Positions 52,791-62,027 of a stretch of DNA of 64,000 nt are shown piece by piece. This DNA comes from a virus: IMG/VR virus record IMGVR_UViG_3300048074_000120, positions 1 to 64,000 of that record; one strand, given 5' to 3'. The notes under the pieces were generated by a model. It did no database searches and was not told the DNA's origin. It saw only the letters and a list, made by a program, of their open reading frames with translations. Position 1 is the stretch's first letter, and each line of letters starts with the position of its first letter. A program made the translations under genes and the position numbers.

Positions 52791-54062
52791 CTAGCCACCA
52801 TTCCCTAACAGCGTCGCATCACCAGATGTGACTGAACCAGCAATCTGTAGCATCATAGGTACTCCGCCAATCGGGGCAAAGCCTGGAGGCCCCGGTACCG
52901 CCATGAGCAAGTTTGGTGGAAGGGTACAGGTAACGGTGGACCCAAGCGTGGCAATGGGGGTCTTACCTCCATTGAACTTGATGACCTTGCCCGTCAGCTC
53001 AAACGTACCGCCTACGGTGACCTTGGCGTCGTTCTTCACGCTCATGTTGAAGGTGTTGTCAGCAAAAATCTCCATCTCCTGCTTTACGCGAAGCCGCAAC
53101 TTCTTTGTGCAAAGGAGCCCCACGTTGCCATTGAACTTGAGAAAGGCATTACCCGCTCTATCAAAAGAAAACTTCAGCTTCACAAGAGATCCGGTGTTTG
53201 GCAACAGCGAGCTGTCTTCCCCGTTGAACCCGCCACGGGCCAGTGTCAGCTCGTACACGATGGGCTCGGTCTTGCCGAGCTCTGCAACCTGTTGATCAAC
53301 GAGGGCATCCTCATCGACCTCAGGCACAGGATCATGCACACGCCCCGCCGCGATACGGATATCGGCGTACTTGTCGTTCGCGTACACACGCAGCGCCTGC
53401 TTATACTCCGTTGGCAGGTTTGTAATGCCTTCCCCCTCCTGAATGCCCCATCGAATGGAACCCCCAGCCGTATGCATCGCATAGTTCTCAGCAAAGTCCA
53501 TCACCATGTTGTTGAGTGGCACGTAGATGCGCTGCGACAGCTCATTGGCACCTATCTGCAGCACACCTCCACGATGAAGCACGATGAAGTTCCCATCGCG
53601 CCCCCGCACGAACATATCGCCGGGCTTTGCCGTAGGACGCCCGCCAGCAAAGCTTGCGTTCGTCGCAGACTGGTTGTCGCTCCCGTGGCTTGTAGTCCCA
53701 TCGGGGGCGTCCGGGCTCGTTGCCATAGGGATCGTCTCGTGCGGCATCACAAACGCCAGCACGAAAGGAGGAGAGCTATCCCCTGGCCAACACACAGCAC
53801 ACTTGGCGCCGACCTCGGGCATGACGCTAAAGCCATCCCCACGATTCGCATGCAAGTAAGGCGAGCCAACAGGGATCTGAAAGCAGCGCTGCTGGTCGAA
53901 CTGGCTAAAAACGTCTACGGTGTAGTTCACCAGATCGACGTTCACCACGCGACCGAGGAAGATATCCGTTCTGCCCAGGCCCTCGGGGGACGTCATGGAA
54001 GAGCGGAACTCTGTCCGCGGCATCCGTGCCCCACGGGCTGCACTAAGTCCTTGCCTGGGCAT
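52791..54062 (-). CDS. Baseplate central spike (gpV/gp138-like) with PAAR-like C-terminus
   Basis: GRVVNVD...TVDV...MPEVGAKCAV OB-fold; beta-repeat region; terminal PIATLGSTV...GSVTSG. Confidence 0.75.
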   Translation of the reverse strand: MPRQGLSAARGARMPRTEFRSSMTSPEGLGRTDIFLGRVVNVDLVNYTVDVFSQFDQQRCFQIPVGSPYLHANRGDGFSVMPEVGAKCAVCWPGDSSPPFVLAFVMPHETIPMATSPDAPDGTTSHGSDNQSATNASFAGGRPTAKPGDMFVRGRDGNFIVLHRGGVLQIGANELSQRIYVPLNNMVMDFAENYAMHTAGGSIRWGIQEGEGITNLPTEYKQALRVYANDKYADIRIAAGRVHDPVPEVDEDALVDQQVAELGKTEPIVYELTLARGGFNGEDSSLLPNTGSLVKLKFSFDRAGNAFLKFNGNVGLLCTKKLRLRVKQEMEIFADNTFNMSVKNDAKVTVGGTFELTGKVIKFNGGKTPIATLGSTVTCTLPPNLLMAVPGPPGFAPIGGVPMMLQIAGSVTSGDATLLGNGG

Positions 54063-57000
54063 TAGTAGGCGTGCCTCGGTACATTGTGCAGGTGCGACAA
54101 AGCCAATCGTCCTTTAGCGTGCTCAGCGTTCAATCCAAACTCGCTGCCCACAGCCATGCCTGGGATCGGGTGCAAGCCATGCAGGTTCGACCTAGCACCA
54201 ACATTGGCGGCATCAAGCAGCGTGTCCGTTAGTCGCTCGTGCTGAAGCTTAGCCATCCAATCTTCCTGCAGCGACAACGGCATCATCTCCACGCCCTTCA
54301 AAACGGGCTCATGCTCGATTAGCCGCTTGCCGCTTCTGGCCAAATCCCGATTGACCGCACTAATGACTGAGGTGGGATGAAACTCACCCCGAAGTATACC
54401 CTCACCGTCACCAGGGTCCCGAATCTTGGTGAGGTTACTCATGGCCTTGACGACGGTCTCGATGTGACCCCGCTTGATGCCTTCGTCCTTGTACAGGCGA
54501 TGAATCTCATCGGCCATATAGTTCTGGACGGACTCAATGCTGCCCGTGGCCTTGTAGAGATCGTGTGGATTCACGATAGTACGGCGCGGATCGCTCAACA
54601 GCTGACCACGCTCCACATGCATCCCCACATGCGGCGGGGCCCAGCCTGCCACGGGTTCATCAGACGCCGGTCGCCACAGCGGCGTACCGCCAACGTCTTT
54701 GCCCACATGGTGCTTCTTGCCGCCGACGAAGACGTTCACACCCGTAGAGTCCTTCTCGACTCGCTCGATAGTGCCTGACTTCATGGCAACCGCGGCCACC
54801 GTCGGATCACCAGGCTTTGGCTTCGGTAGCGTCATCAGCTGATTGAACCGGTCAAATCCGCCAAGCACTTTTGAACCGCCACCTGTGTCGACGGAGCCAC
54901 CCGTATGGAAAACGCGCAGCGTCAGCTGCATAGCGCGCTCGCCTAACGACTGGGCCGCTACAACGCCAATATTCTCACCGATGTCGTGCATGTGACCGTT
55001 CGCTGAAATGCCCATACACTTTTGGCAAACGCCCTTGGCATGCTCGCACTTCAAGGGGCTACGTACCTCAATCTTAGCGGTCTTGTCCGCTGCCCGCATC
55101 TTCGAAACAACATCAGAGGTAAGCAGCGTGCCGGCAGGTACATGCATGCCCTTGGCGCTGAAGTCCTTCTGCAAGAACCGATCGTGGACATCATTGTCAA
55201 CAACCGGAAGCACAATCCCTCGAGCCGTCCCACAGTCGTGCCCTGACACCACCATGTCCATGGTGTTAGCCATCATCAACTTCGATAGGTAACCAGGCTC
55301 GCGCACCTCTTGTACTTTCATCACGGCACCGTGCCGGGCTCCGTGCATCTGCGTCCAATACTCCCCGGTATCCAAGCCCTCCGCATAGCTCTTAGTAATC
55401 GGCGTTGGAATGACCCTGCCCGACGCATCCTTCACGAGCATAGGTGCTAACGTGAGCTGCTTGTATTGGTTCCAATCCGGCTTTACCCCAGCAAGGTGCA
55501 TGGTCATCAGGTTACTCGGGCCGCCCGCATGCCGCAGCAAATGCTCGTGCTGCATCTTATCGGTGGCTTCCTTCCAGATGCGAACGAGCTCTCTGTCCCC
55601 CTTGGCGCCCTGCATGTGCTGATTGTTGGTGACCGCGTCTGCCTCTTTCCTAGCAGCCGAAAGCACGCGCTCTCGCGTTGCAATGTCAGGCGCTAAATCC
55701 GCAAGGCTCAAGGTGTGCACCCCAATCGGGATGTACATACGCTTTGACGGGTCAAGTCGATCAGCACCTACGTAGCCATCGTGCTCAACCGTAATGACGC
55801 CGCTTGCCGCACCGTTACCAATATCTTTCAGCTTGTCAGCCACAGCACCGTAGTCGCTGCTGTGCTCTTTGCCCACTTGCGTGAGTACCTTGTCCAACCC
55901 CTTCTTGTTCAAACGAAGGCTGAGATCGGTCAAGAACTTCCCCTGCATGGGTTCTGGCAGCGCCGCCGCCATGAGGATTCTGCCGGGGGTTGTTGTCTGC
56001 GACCCGATACGTATCTTGTCATTCACGGACAACTTACCCTTTTGGACGGCAATCAGCGCGTCTGCTGGGTGAGCCATGTCGTGAACCTTCGACTCCTCAT
56101 TTACTCTCGAGAGCTTGTAAAGGCCTAGCGCCGCCTCTAGCGTTGGCTGGTACATGGCCCTTCCGGAGGCCTCACTGAAGAGGTTATGCGAAGGGAACAT
56201 CTTACGGGCCTCGGCCACAGCCTCGTCACTGACTGGTACAAACACGCTCATCGTATCGCCATCGAAGTCCGCGTTGTACCCACCAGTAACTAGCGGATGA
56301 ATCTTGACAGCATTACCTTCCACGACGCGCGGCTTGAACGCCTGCACGCTGTACTTATGAAGCGCCGGATCTCGCTTCAAAAGAACAGGCCGCTCCTCGA
56401 GTACGGTCCGAAGTGCCCTCTGCGCCGCAGGCGTGTTCTTGGTAACCATGCGCTGCGCATCTAGCACCGTAGCGGCCATGCCAGACTTCTTCAACTGCCC
56501 TACGACAAACGGGGCAAACAACTTCATGGCGTGCTCAGCAGGCAGCCCCACCTCGTCCAAAGACAAGGAAGGCTCGGGCACGATGGTTGAGCGCATGCTC
56601 AAGTCTTGCTTACGGCTAATCAGCGTGCTCTGGAAGTACCCGGTCTTTGGCTGCGCGCCTTTGATCTGGTGCAGTAGCCCTTTATGCTTTGCATCCGCGT
56701 ACGGGATACCAACCCCCGTCAGCGCCTTGACGCCGTCATAGAGACCGGCCCGGAGCGAGGACTTAGCCTCTTCCGTGAGGTTGCCGACCAGGGTGGGATC
56801 CTTCAGCTGCATATTCAACTGGGCAAACTGTGAATAGAGCTCGTTGATGTCCGAGACCTTGAAGTTCCCATCCGGCAAAACAGGGATTGGGCGCATTGCG
56901 GGGGGAAGCACAGGAATGCTGTGCAGCACATAGGCCTCCGCTGGAGAGAGACCCGCCTGCTGCAATGCCTGCAGACGCTTCACCTTCTTCAAGATGGAGT

Positions 57001-60000
57001 CCACCTTAGAGGTAGGCGCCGAGTCCAACTGGCGCTTTGCCGACTTCAACTCGCTGTCCACATTTACGCCAGACAGTAGATGGTAGATAGCCGAGCCACC
57101 CGTAAAGCCTTTGCCCAAGGCAACCGGTTTACCCGCCGCATCGATGGCCTTTCTGCCCTCAACTAACCCGGTGTAGTCCTCTGCACTCAATCCCGTGATG
57201 GCTCGGATAGAACTCTCAAAGACTGGGTTCGGCACTGGCTCTGCTAGCTCGATGCGGCTCCACTTCTTGCCGCCGTGCCCACCCGTTAGCTTCTCGTCAA
57301 AAAGGCCCCCGGGCTTTGGCTTAGGCTCACCTGACTTTGGGTCAAGCTTTGCATAAAGCATCTCAGCGGGCTTCGGTAACACGCGATCTTCCGTCAACGC
57401 CTTGATGTGAGCGTCCGTCAACGGAGAGAGCACAAACTCATGCCCCTTCTTCTCAATGTTGATGCCAGCACCGATGAGCATGTCGGTGAACTTCTTGAAG
57501 GCAAACGTAGGCTTTGGTACCGGCAAGGGATCCCCATGCTGAATGGCGTCCCACACATCATGGTGCTGGCTCTGCCACTGCTTCTGGGGACTTGCCGACA
57601 TGTCCGGGCCTTCGCTCTTCCAGGTCTGCATTTCCCGGATATTCGCGCGGGCGCCATGGGCGAGCATCGCGTAAAGGCCCAGAGGATCCATGGACTGACC
57701 ACCGGCGTGCCCGCCGCCTGACGGCTGCAAGTTGATATCGTACTTCCCGGGCTCCTGCCCAGGCAGGTTCAACCCAGAACGCACCGAGACTTTCTTGTCC
57801 ACCTGATGGTGCAACTTGATCATGTGCTGGTAACCAACCAGCGCTTGACCCAAATCTTGGCCCGTCGTGGGATCAACCAGATGCTCGGTGTCACTGATGC
57901 CGTGCTCTTTCAACTCACGCTGCACCTTGGCCAATTGGTTTTGTACACCGAAGTTGTTCACCACGTAGGGCTTACCAGTCTTCTTGGCAATCTTGCTTGC
58001 TGCCGTCTCGAGCACTTGTCCCACATTCATTCGACCTGGTACACCAGATGGATTGAGCGCCACCTCAATGTGCTTGCCGTCCTTGGTATGCGGCATCTCC
58101 TTGTCAGGAACTACCTTCGTAACGATGCCTTTGTTGCCGTAGCGGCCCGCTATCTTGTCGCCCACCTGCATGGGCTCAATAGCCTTGATGTGAACAATGA
58201 CCTCGCCACCTTTACGAAAAGCCCCAACAACTTCACCGGGACCTTCCCCGTGCCACACCAAAGAATGGTCAGCGTACTGATCCCCGAGGCTCTTACGAAT
58301 CGCAGACAAGCCCGTTCGATCTTGCGTACTCGTCTTCTTCATCGCTAGGATCAGCGGGTCACCGGGTGACACACGAGACCCAACTCGAATGACGCCGTCG
58401 TCACCTATCGAGCTGACCTGGTCCCTGTTATAAATCCCGATATGCTGGGTCAAGTAGCGACCCTTGGCAAGCACAGTGTCGTCGTCCACCGCCAGGTTGT
58501 GCTTATGCAAATGGACACTGCTCAGCTTCTTGGCGGCGCTTTCACTAACAACGACGCCGTCTTCGAAGTTGTAACCCTTGTACGGGATATAGGCCACTCG
58601 CAGGTTTGTGCCGAGCGCAATCACACCCTGCCGTGAGAAGTTTGTATCAGCCACCACTTGGCCCTTACGGACGTGGTCACCAACCTTCACCAAGGGAGTT
58701 GAGTCGAGCACTGACTTGGCGTCATTCAGTGGGTAGTTACGATAGATCTGAACCTCATGGTCCCTACCGTCATGACCTGCGATAACAACTGAGTCGTTTC
58801 CTACCTTCTTCACGGTACCAGCGGCGGGGGCATGGTGCGAAGCCTGTGTCCCGATAACTTCTTCGAAGGTGCTTGCCCCTTCCCAGTCGCGGCCCGTCCC
58901 TACCCGCACGAGCGGTGCCTCTCGATGTTCGAGTGAAATGGCCTGTTCCATGTGGCGCGTCGCCATGGAGGCACGCCCGCCAGAGGTGTTGTTGATGAAC
59001 GGAATGAGGTTACTTGTGACGTTGAAGAATTGAGACGGATGCCTCATCACATAGTCGGCATCCTTCAAGTGCCCCTCGGCAATCTCATTGCCAGGCGCTG
59101 ACCACTTCACCGTAGAGGACTTCGGGGTTGGGTGGTCATCGTGCCACTCCACCTGGTCAGGAAGTACAACCTTGGACTTCAGGAACTTGGCCGGGCCCAC
59201 GTACTCAATCTGTCCGGTCGACATATTGTAAAGAGGCACCTGCGGCTCGTTGCCGTGTTTTCGCACGCCTAGTGGCATGCGCAGCGTCACTCCCGTTTTA
59301 CTTCCTTCCGGTGTGTGGATGGGATCCAGGAAGCACATGTGCGACGGGTTGACGAACTTGACCTCGTCCAAGATGGCATTCTCTGACTGAATACCGCCCG
59401 GGCCCATCACCGTGGTCTGTTGCGCGGCAGAGACCATCTCGACGGGATTCACCTGCTTTGCTACCTGCGCGGCCGAGTTCTTGTGAAAGGTCTCTCGGAT
59501 GGGCTTATTGAATGCCTCAAGACGAACGACGTCCCTAGGATTACTTGCCTCGTTGATCTGTCGCATCATCTTGCGGCGGATTGCTGGGCCTTCCTGCATT
59601 AGCTTCTCGTAGGAAAAATCACCCACGCTACGCAGATCCTTGAACACCAAAGAGTCTCGATCATCGGAAGGGGCACCGCCGTGCACATCGAGCATCTTCT
59701 TAGTCGCCCGCAGCATTACATCGCTATCCACGTGATCCGCAGGCTTACCAAGGGTGAGGGCGGTGGCATCCGGACGCATATCGAACTCTTTGAAGTGCTG
59801 AGTCACATTGGCCACAGCCGCTGCGTGCGAAGGAGGGTCTACCCTGCGCGTTGTTCGATAGAAGCTGTCCACGGCGCCTGCCACATTGCGGGCACCTTTG
59901 TTGGCAGCCAAGATGTCCTTGCCCCAGGACTTCTCTAAATCGGCGTCGGAAACGCCAAGGGTCGTTAGCAGCGGATAAAGCGGGATGCGTGCCTTAGTGC

Positions 60001-60469
60001 CGAACTCGACACGGAACTCTTTCGAGTCGTCGTCGAAGGTCACCTTGAAGGAAGGCTTTTTGGAGGATTGAAACTGGGTCTCGATCTGCCCTGTCTGCCT
60101 GCGTCGTACATAAGCTCCGGGCTTGAGCTGCCACTGGTTGTCTACTTGGTACTCCTGCCCAGAGATAATCTGGCTGTGCCGGCAAGTGACCTTGGGTAGC
60201 TCCGCAATTCGCGTCTTCGCCCGAGTCTCTTTGCCGCTCACTTTGTCCCGAAGAACCAAGTGTGCAATCACAGGCACTCCCCAGGTCTGCCCGGTCACCT
60301 TGGCCTGGTGTTGGCTGCGGATGTCATCCGGGTCAAGGCTGTCCTGCACCTCGAGGTGCTCCAACTCCAGTACTTGATTTCGGCCGTCGACTGGAAACTG
60401 CTTCCTAATCGCTTCAAGCGAACGGTCACGGTAGTGGTCAAAGGCTTCGGTTGGGTCCAAGTACGACAT
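54062..60469 (-). CDS. rpoBC: DNA-directed RNA polymerase, single-chain beta-beta' fusion
   Basis: beta: TPEG, GYNFED, GDKIAGRYGNKG, NPSGVPGRMNVGQ, GGQ; beta': PVLPPAMRP, NADFDGD (56255-56275), HGAR bridge helix, QLTLRVFHTGG trigger loop; ATG 60469 with GGAGAA RBS. Confidence 0.97.
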   Translation of the reverse strand: MSYLDPTEAFDHYRDRSLEAIRKQFPVDGRNQVLELEHLEVQDSLDPDDIRSQHQAKVTGQTWGVPVIAHLVLRDKVSGKETRAKTRIAELPKVTCRHSQIISGQEYQVDNQWQLKPGAYVRRRQTGQIETQFQSSKKPSFKVTFDDDSKEFRVEFGTKARIPLYPLLTTLGVSDADLEKSWGKDILAANKGARNVAGAVDSFYRTTRRVDPPSHAAAVANVTQHFKEFDMRPDATALTLGKPADHVDSDVMLRATKKMLDVHGGAPSDDRDSLVFKDLRSVGDFSYEKLMQEGPAIRRKMMRQINEASNPRDVVRLEAFNKPIRETFHKNSAAQVAKQVNPVEMVSAAQQTTVMGPGGIQSENAILDEVKFVNPSHMCFLDPIHTPEGSKTGVTLRMPLGVRKHGNEPQVPLYNMSTGQIEYVGPAKFLKSKVVLPDQVEWHDDHPTPKSSTVKWSAPGNEIAEGHLKDADYVMRHPSQFFNVTSNLIPFINNTSGGRASMATRHMEQAISLEHREAPLVRVGTGRDWEGASTFEEVIGTQASHHAPAAGTVKKVGNDSVVIAGHDGRDHEVQIYRNYPLNDAKSVLDSTPLVKVGDHVRKGQVVADTNFSRQGVIALGTNLRVAYIPYKGYNFEDGVVVSESAAKKLSSVHLHKHNLAVDDDTVLAKGRYLTQHIGIYNRDQVSSIGDDGVIRVGSRVSPGDPLILAMKKTSTQDRTGLSAIRKSLGDQYADHSLVWHGEGPGEVVGAFRKGGEVIVHIKAIEPMQVGDKIAGRYGNKGIVTKVVPDKEMPHTKDGKHIEVALNPSGVPGRMNVGQVLETAASKIAKKTGKPYVVNNFGVQNQLAKVQRELKEHGISDTEHLVDPTTGQDLGQALVGYQHMIKLHHQVDKKVSVRSGLNLPGQEPGKYDINLQPSGGGHAGGQSMDPLGLYAMLAHGARANIREMQTWKSEGPDMSASPQKQWQSQHHDVWDAIQHGDPLPVPKPTFAFKKFTDMLIGAGINIEKKGHEFVLSPLTDAHIKALTEDRVLPKPAEMLYAKLDPKSGEPKPKPGGLFDEKLTGGHGGKKWSRIELAEPVPNPVFESSIRAITGLSAEDYTGLVEGRKAIDAAGKPVALGKGFTGGSAIYHLLSGVNVDSELKSAKRQLDSAPTSKVDSILKKVKRLQALQQAGLSPAEAYVLHSIPVLPPAMRPIPVLPDGNFKVSDINELYSQFAQLNMQLKDPTLVGNLTEEAKSSLRAGLYDGVKALTGVGIPYADAKHKGLLHQIKGAQPKTGYFQSTLISRKQDLSMRSTIVPEPSLSLDEVGLPAEHAMKLFAPFVVGQLKKSGMAATVLDAQRMVTKNTPAAQRALRTVLEERPVLLKRDPALHKYSVQAFKPRVVEGNAVKIHPLVTGGYNADFDGDTMSVFVPVSDEAVAEARKMFPSHNLFSEASGRAMYQPTLEAALGLYKLSRVNEESKVHDMAHPADALIAVQKGKLSVNDKIRIGSQTTTPGRILMAAALPEPMQGKFLTDLSLRLNKKGLDKVLTQVGKEHSSDYGAVADKLKDIGNGAASGVITVEHDGYVGADRLDPSKRMYIPIGVHTLSLADLAPDIATRERVLSAARKEADAVTNNQHMQGAKGDRELVRIWKEATDKMQHEHLLRHAGGPSNLMTMHLAGVKPDWNQYKQLTLAPMLVKDASGRVIPTPITKSYAEGLDTGEYWTQMHGARHGAVMKVQEVREPGYLSKLMMANTMDMVVSGHDCGTARGIVLPVVDNDVHDRFLQKDFSAKGMHVPAGTLLTSDVVSKMRAADKTAKIEVRSPLKCEHAKGVCQKCMGISANGHMHDIGENIGVVAAQSLGERAMQLTLRVFHTGGSVDTGGGSKVLGGFDRFNQLMTLPKPKPGDPTVAAVAMKSGTIERVEKDSTGVNVFVGGKKHHVGKDVGGTPLWRPASDEPVAGWAPPHVGMHVERGQLLSDPRRTIVNPHDLYKATGSIESVQNYMADEIHRLYKDEGIKRGHIETVVKAMSNLTKIRDPGDGEGILRGEFHPTSVISAVNRDLARSGKRLIEHEPVLKGVEMMPLSLQEDWMAKLQHERLTDTLLDAANVGARSNLHGLHPIPGMAVGSEFGLNAEHAKGRLALSHLHNVPRHAY

Positions 60470-60517
60470 GCGTTCTCCAGAGTATAGCCGCACAGGCTGG
60501 CCAAATGCTCATGGAAT

Positions 60518-60739
60518 GTGCGCAAGGACAACGGAAACACCGAGATAAGAGCTTTGATGGAAAAACGCAACCGAGCTCCGGAAGACACCAGAGCTCAAAA
60601 GGCACAAGAAAAGCCCGAGCCCACCCAAAGCTCAGGCCTGCGCTACGAGAATCTAGTAGCCAGCTTGTTCTGCGGTAGGGACAAAAGCCAGCCGGTCTAT
60701 GCGGACCCTGGTGCAACTACAACCGGCAAGAAGAGATAA
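60518..60739 (+). CDS. Small hypothetical protein
   Basis: 73-aa ORF divergent from the RNAP gene. Confidence 0.45.
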   Translation: MRKDNGNTEIRALMEKRNRAPEDTRAQKAQEKPEPTQSSGLRYENLVASLFCGRDKSQPVYADPGATTTGKKR

Positions 60740-60746
60740 GAAATAC

Positions 60747-60866
60747 ATGAGAGCTCTCATGATCTGGGCGTTCATCACCGGGCTGCTGAATGGAGTCCTG
60801 ATGCGGCTACAAGACTTTTTCAGGGAGATGGAGGAGCTAGATGCTAGTGAACCCGTATGCCGCTAA
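60747..60866 (+). CDS. 39-aa small protein with hydrophobic N-terminus
   Basis: MRALMIWAFITGLLNGVLMRLQDFFREMEELDASEPVCR; fills the intergenic gap; not in track. Confidence 0.35.
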   Translation: MRALMIWAFITGLLNGVLMRLQDFFREMEELDASEPVCR

Positions 60867-61452
60867 TAGCGGTGAACTAGCAGCAATACCAGGCACGAAT
60901 ATCCTAGTAGAATCGTGGGGGGTGGTTGGGACGACGTTCATCGACCCAGCCTACCCCGAGCGAGAGTGGACAGTCCAGGGGCTGTATCTCCCAGTGACAG
61001 GCAGAGCACTCGGGGGAATTCGGGCAAGAGTGATGGACCAAAAGGGGTTCATGAGCTTCTGCAACCAGCGGGATCTCGAAGTCCTCATTGAAGAGTCCAC
61101 CCCTGGGACATTCTGCCGATGGCTAGGAGAGGAGTACCTGGAGCCAGGTGATCCTGGCTGGTGCGGTCTTTGTGTAGACAGTGAAGACCTCGTTGACGAC
61201 CTGTTCGAGCGAGAGCTTGAAATGCGTGCGCAGTACCCCGAGGGGGCGCAATTGCCAAATGGCCTAACCATTGAGAGGCGAGTACACGACGGCAAGTACA
61301 ACGACTACATAGAAACTCTGATGCTGCTGTGGGATTACAACACGGAAGAGAACTTCGGCCCAGACCCACGGCTGGAGACAGTGCAGCAGCGCTGGAGAAG
61401 CGTGGAGCGCACTAACGGAAGGGAACGAATGCACTTATGGAGCAGGCTGTAG
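60841..61452 (+). CDS. Hypothetical protein
   Basis: 203-aa ORF with GGAGG RBS. Confidence 0.7.
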   Translation: MLVNPYAANSGELAAIPGTNILVESWGVVGTTFIDPAYPEREWTVQGLYLPVTGRALGGIRARVMDQKGFMSFCNQRDLEVLIEESTPGTFCRWLGEEYLEPGDPGWCGLCVDSEDLVDDLFERELEMRAQYPEGAQLPNGLTIERRVHDGKYNDYIETLMLLWDYNTEENFGPDPRLETVQQRWRSVERTNGRERMHLWSRL

Positions 61453-62027
61453 ACGACTACGAGGATGACCTCGAAGACGAAGAAGCAGTAGTGCTTGAAG
61501 AGCCAACCGGCTGCCAGTGCGTGCAATGCACAGACGAAATTGAGATGGTGGCTGAGGTATTCCTTCTGCGAATAGTTCAGCCATACTTCGTTGATGGGCA
61601 GCTACAACACATTGACGTTGCTGGTCCAGACGGCGGGTACGCCTATGACCCGGCGTTCTATTGTTTCGACTGCTGGGAGGAAGTACAAGAGCAGCTAACT
61701 GAGCAGATGGAAGATGCCCCGCCGCTGCAACACCCGGCTGGGCTTCTGCTGTGCGATATCTGCCAGAGCGATGTGCTCCAAGGCGAGATAGTCGGAATGG
61801 TGAGCTTCGGAGAAATACACTGGTCGGAGCGAGCCCCCAACCACGAACGAAGCCCCGTGTTCGTTGACATGGACAATGGCGAGCCAAAGCACATCTGCAT
61901 TGGCTGCCTATACCACCTTGAAGAGAATAGAGATCACCCACTCTGGGTAAATGGGGTAGAGCCCATGCCCGGAGTCACTGCGCCAACCCTTGACGATTTG
62001 TTTGGACGAACCTGGAGAACACGCTAA
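61437..62027 (+). CDS. Acidic protein with two zinc-finger-like modules
   Basis: CVQC...CFDC and CDIC...CIGC. Confidence 0.7.
   Translation: MEQAVDDYEDDLEDEEAVVLEEPTGCQCVQCTDEIEMVAEVFLLRIVQPYFVDGQLQHIDVAGPDGGYAYDPAFYCFDCWEEVQEQLTEQMEDAPPLQHPAGLLLCDICQSDVLQGEIVGMVSFGEIHWSERAPNHERSPVFVDMDNGEPKHICIGCLYHLEENRDHPLWVNGVEPMPGVTAPTLDDLFGRTWRTR

Noticed and set aside
54062-60493. Host chromosomal rpoBC locus or an intein within the RNAP
   Set aside because: Flanked by phage structural genes with no ribosomal-protein operon; sequence is divergent and shortened; no splicing motifs seen
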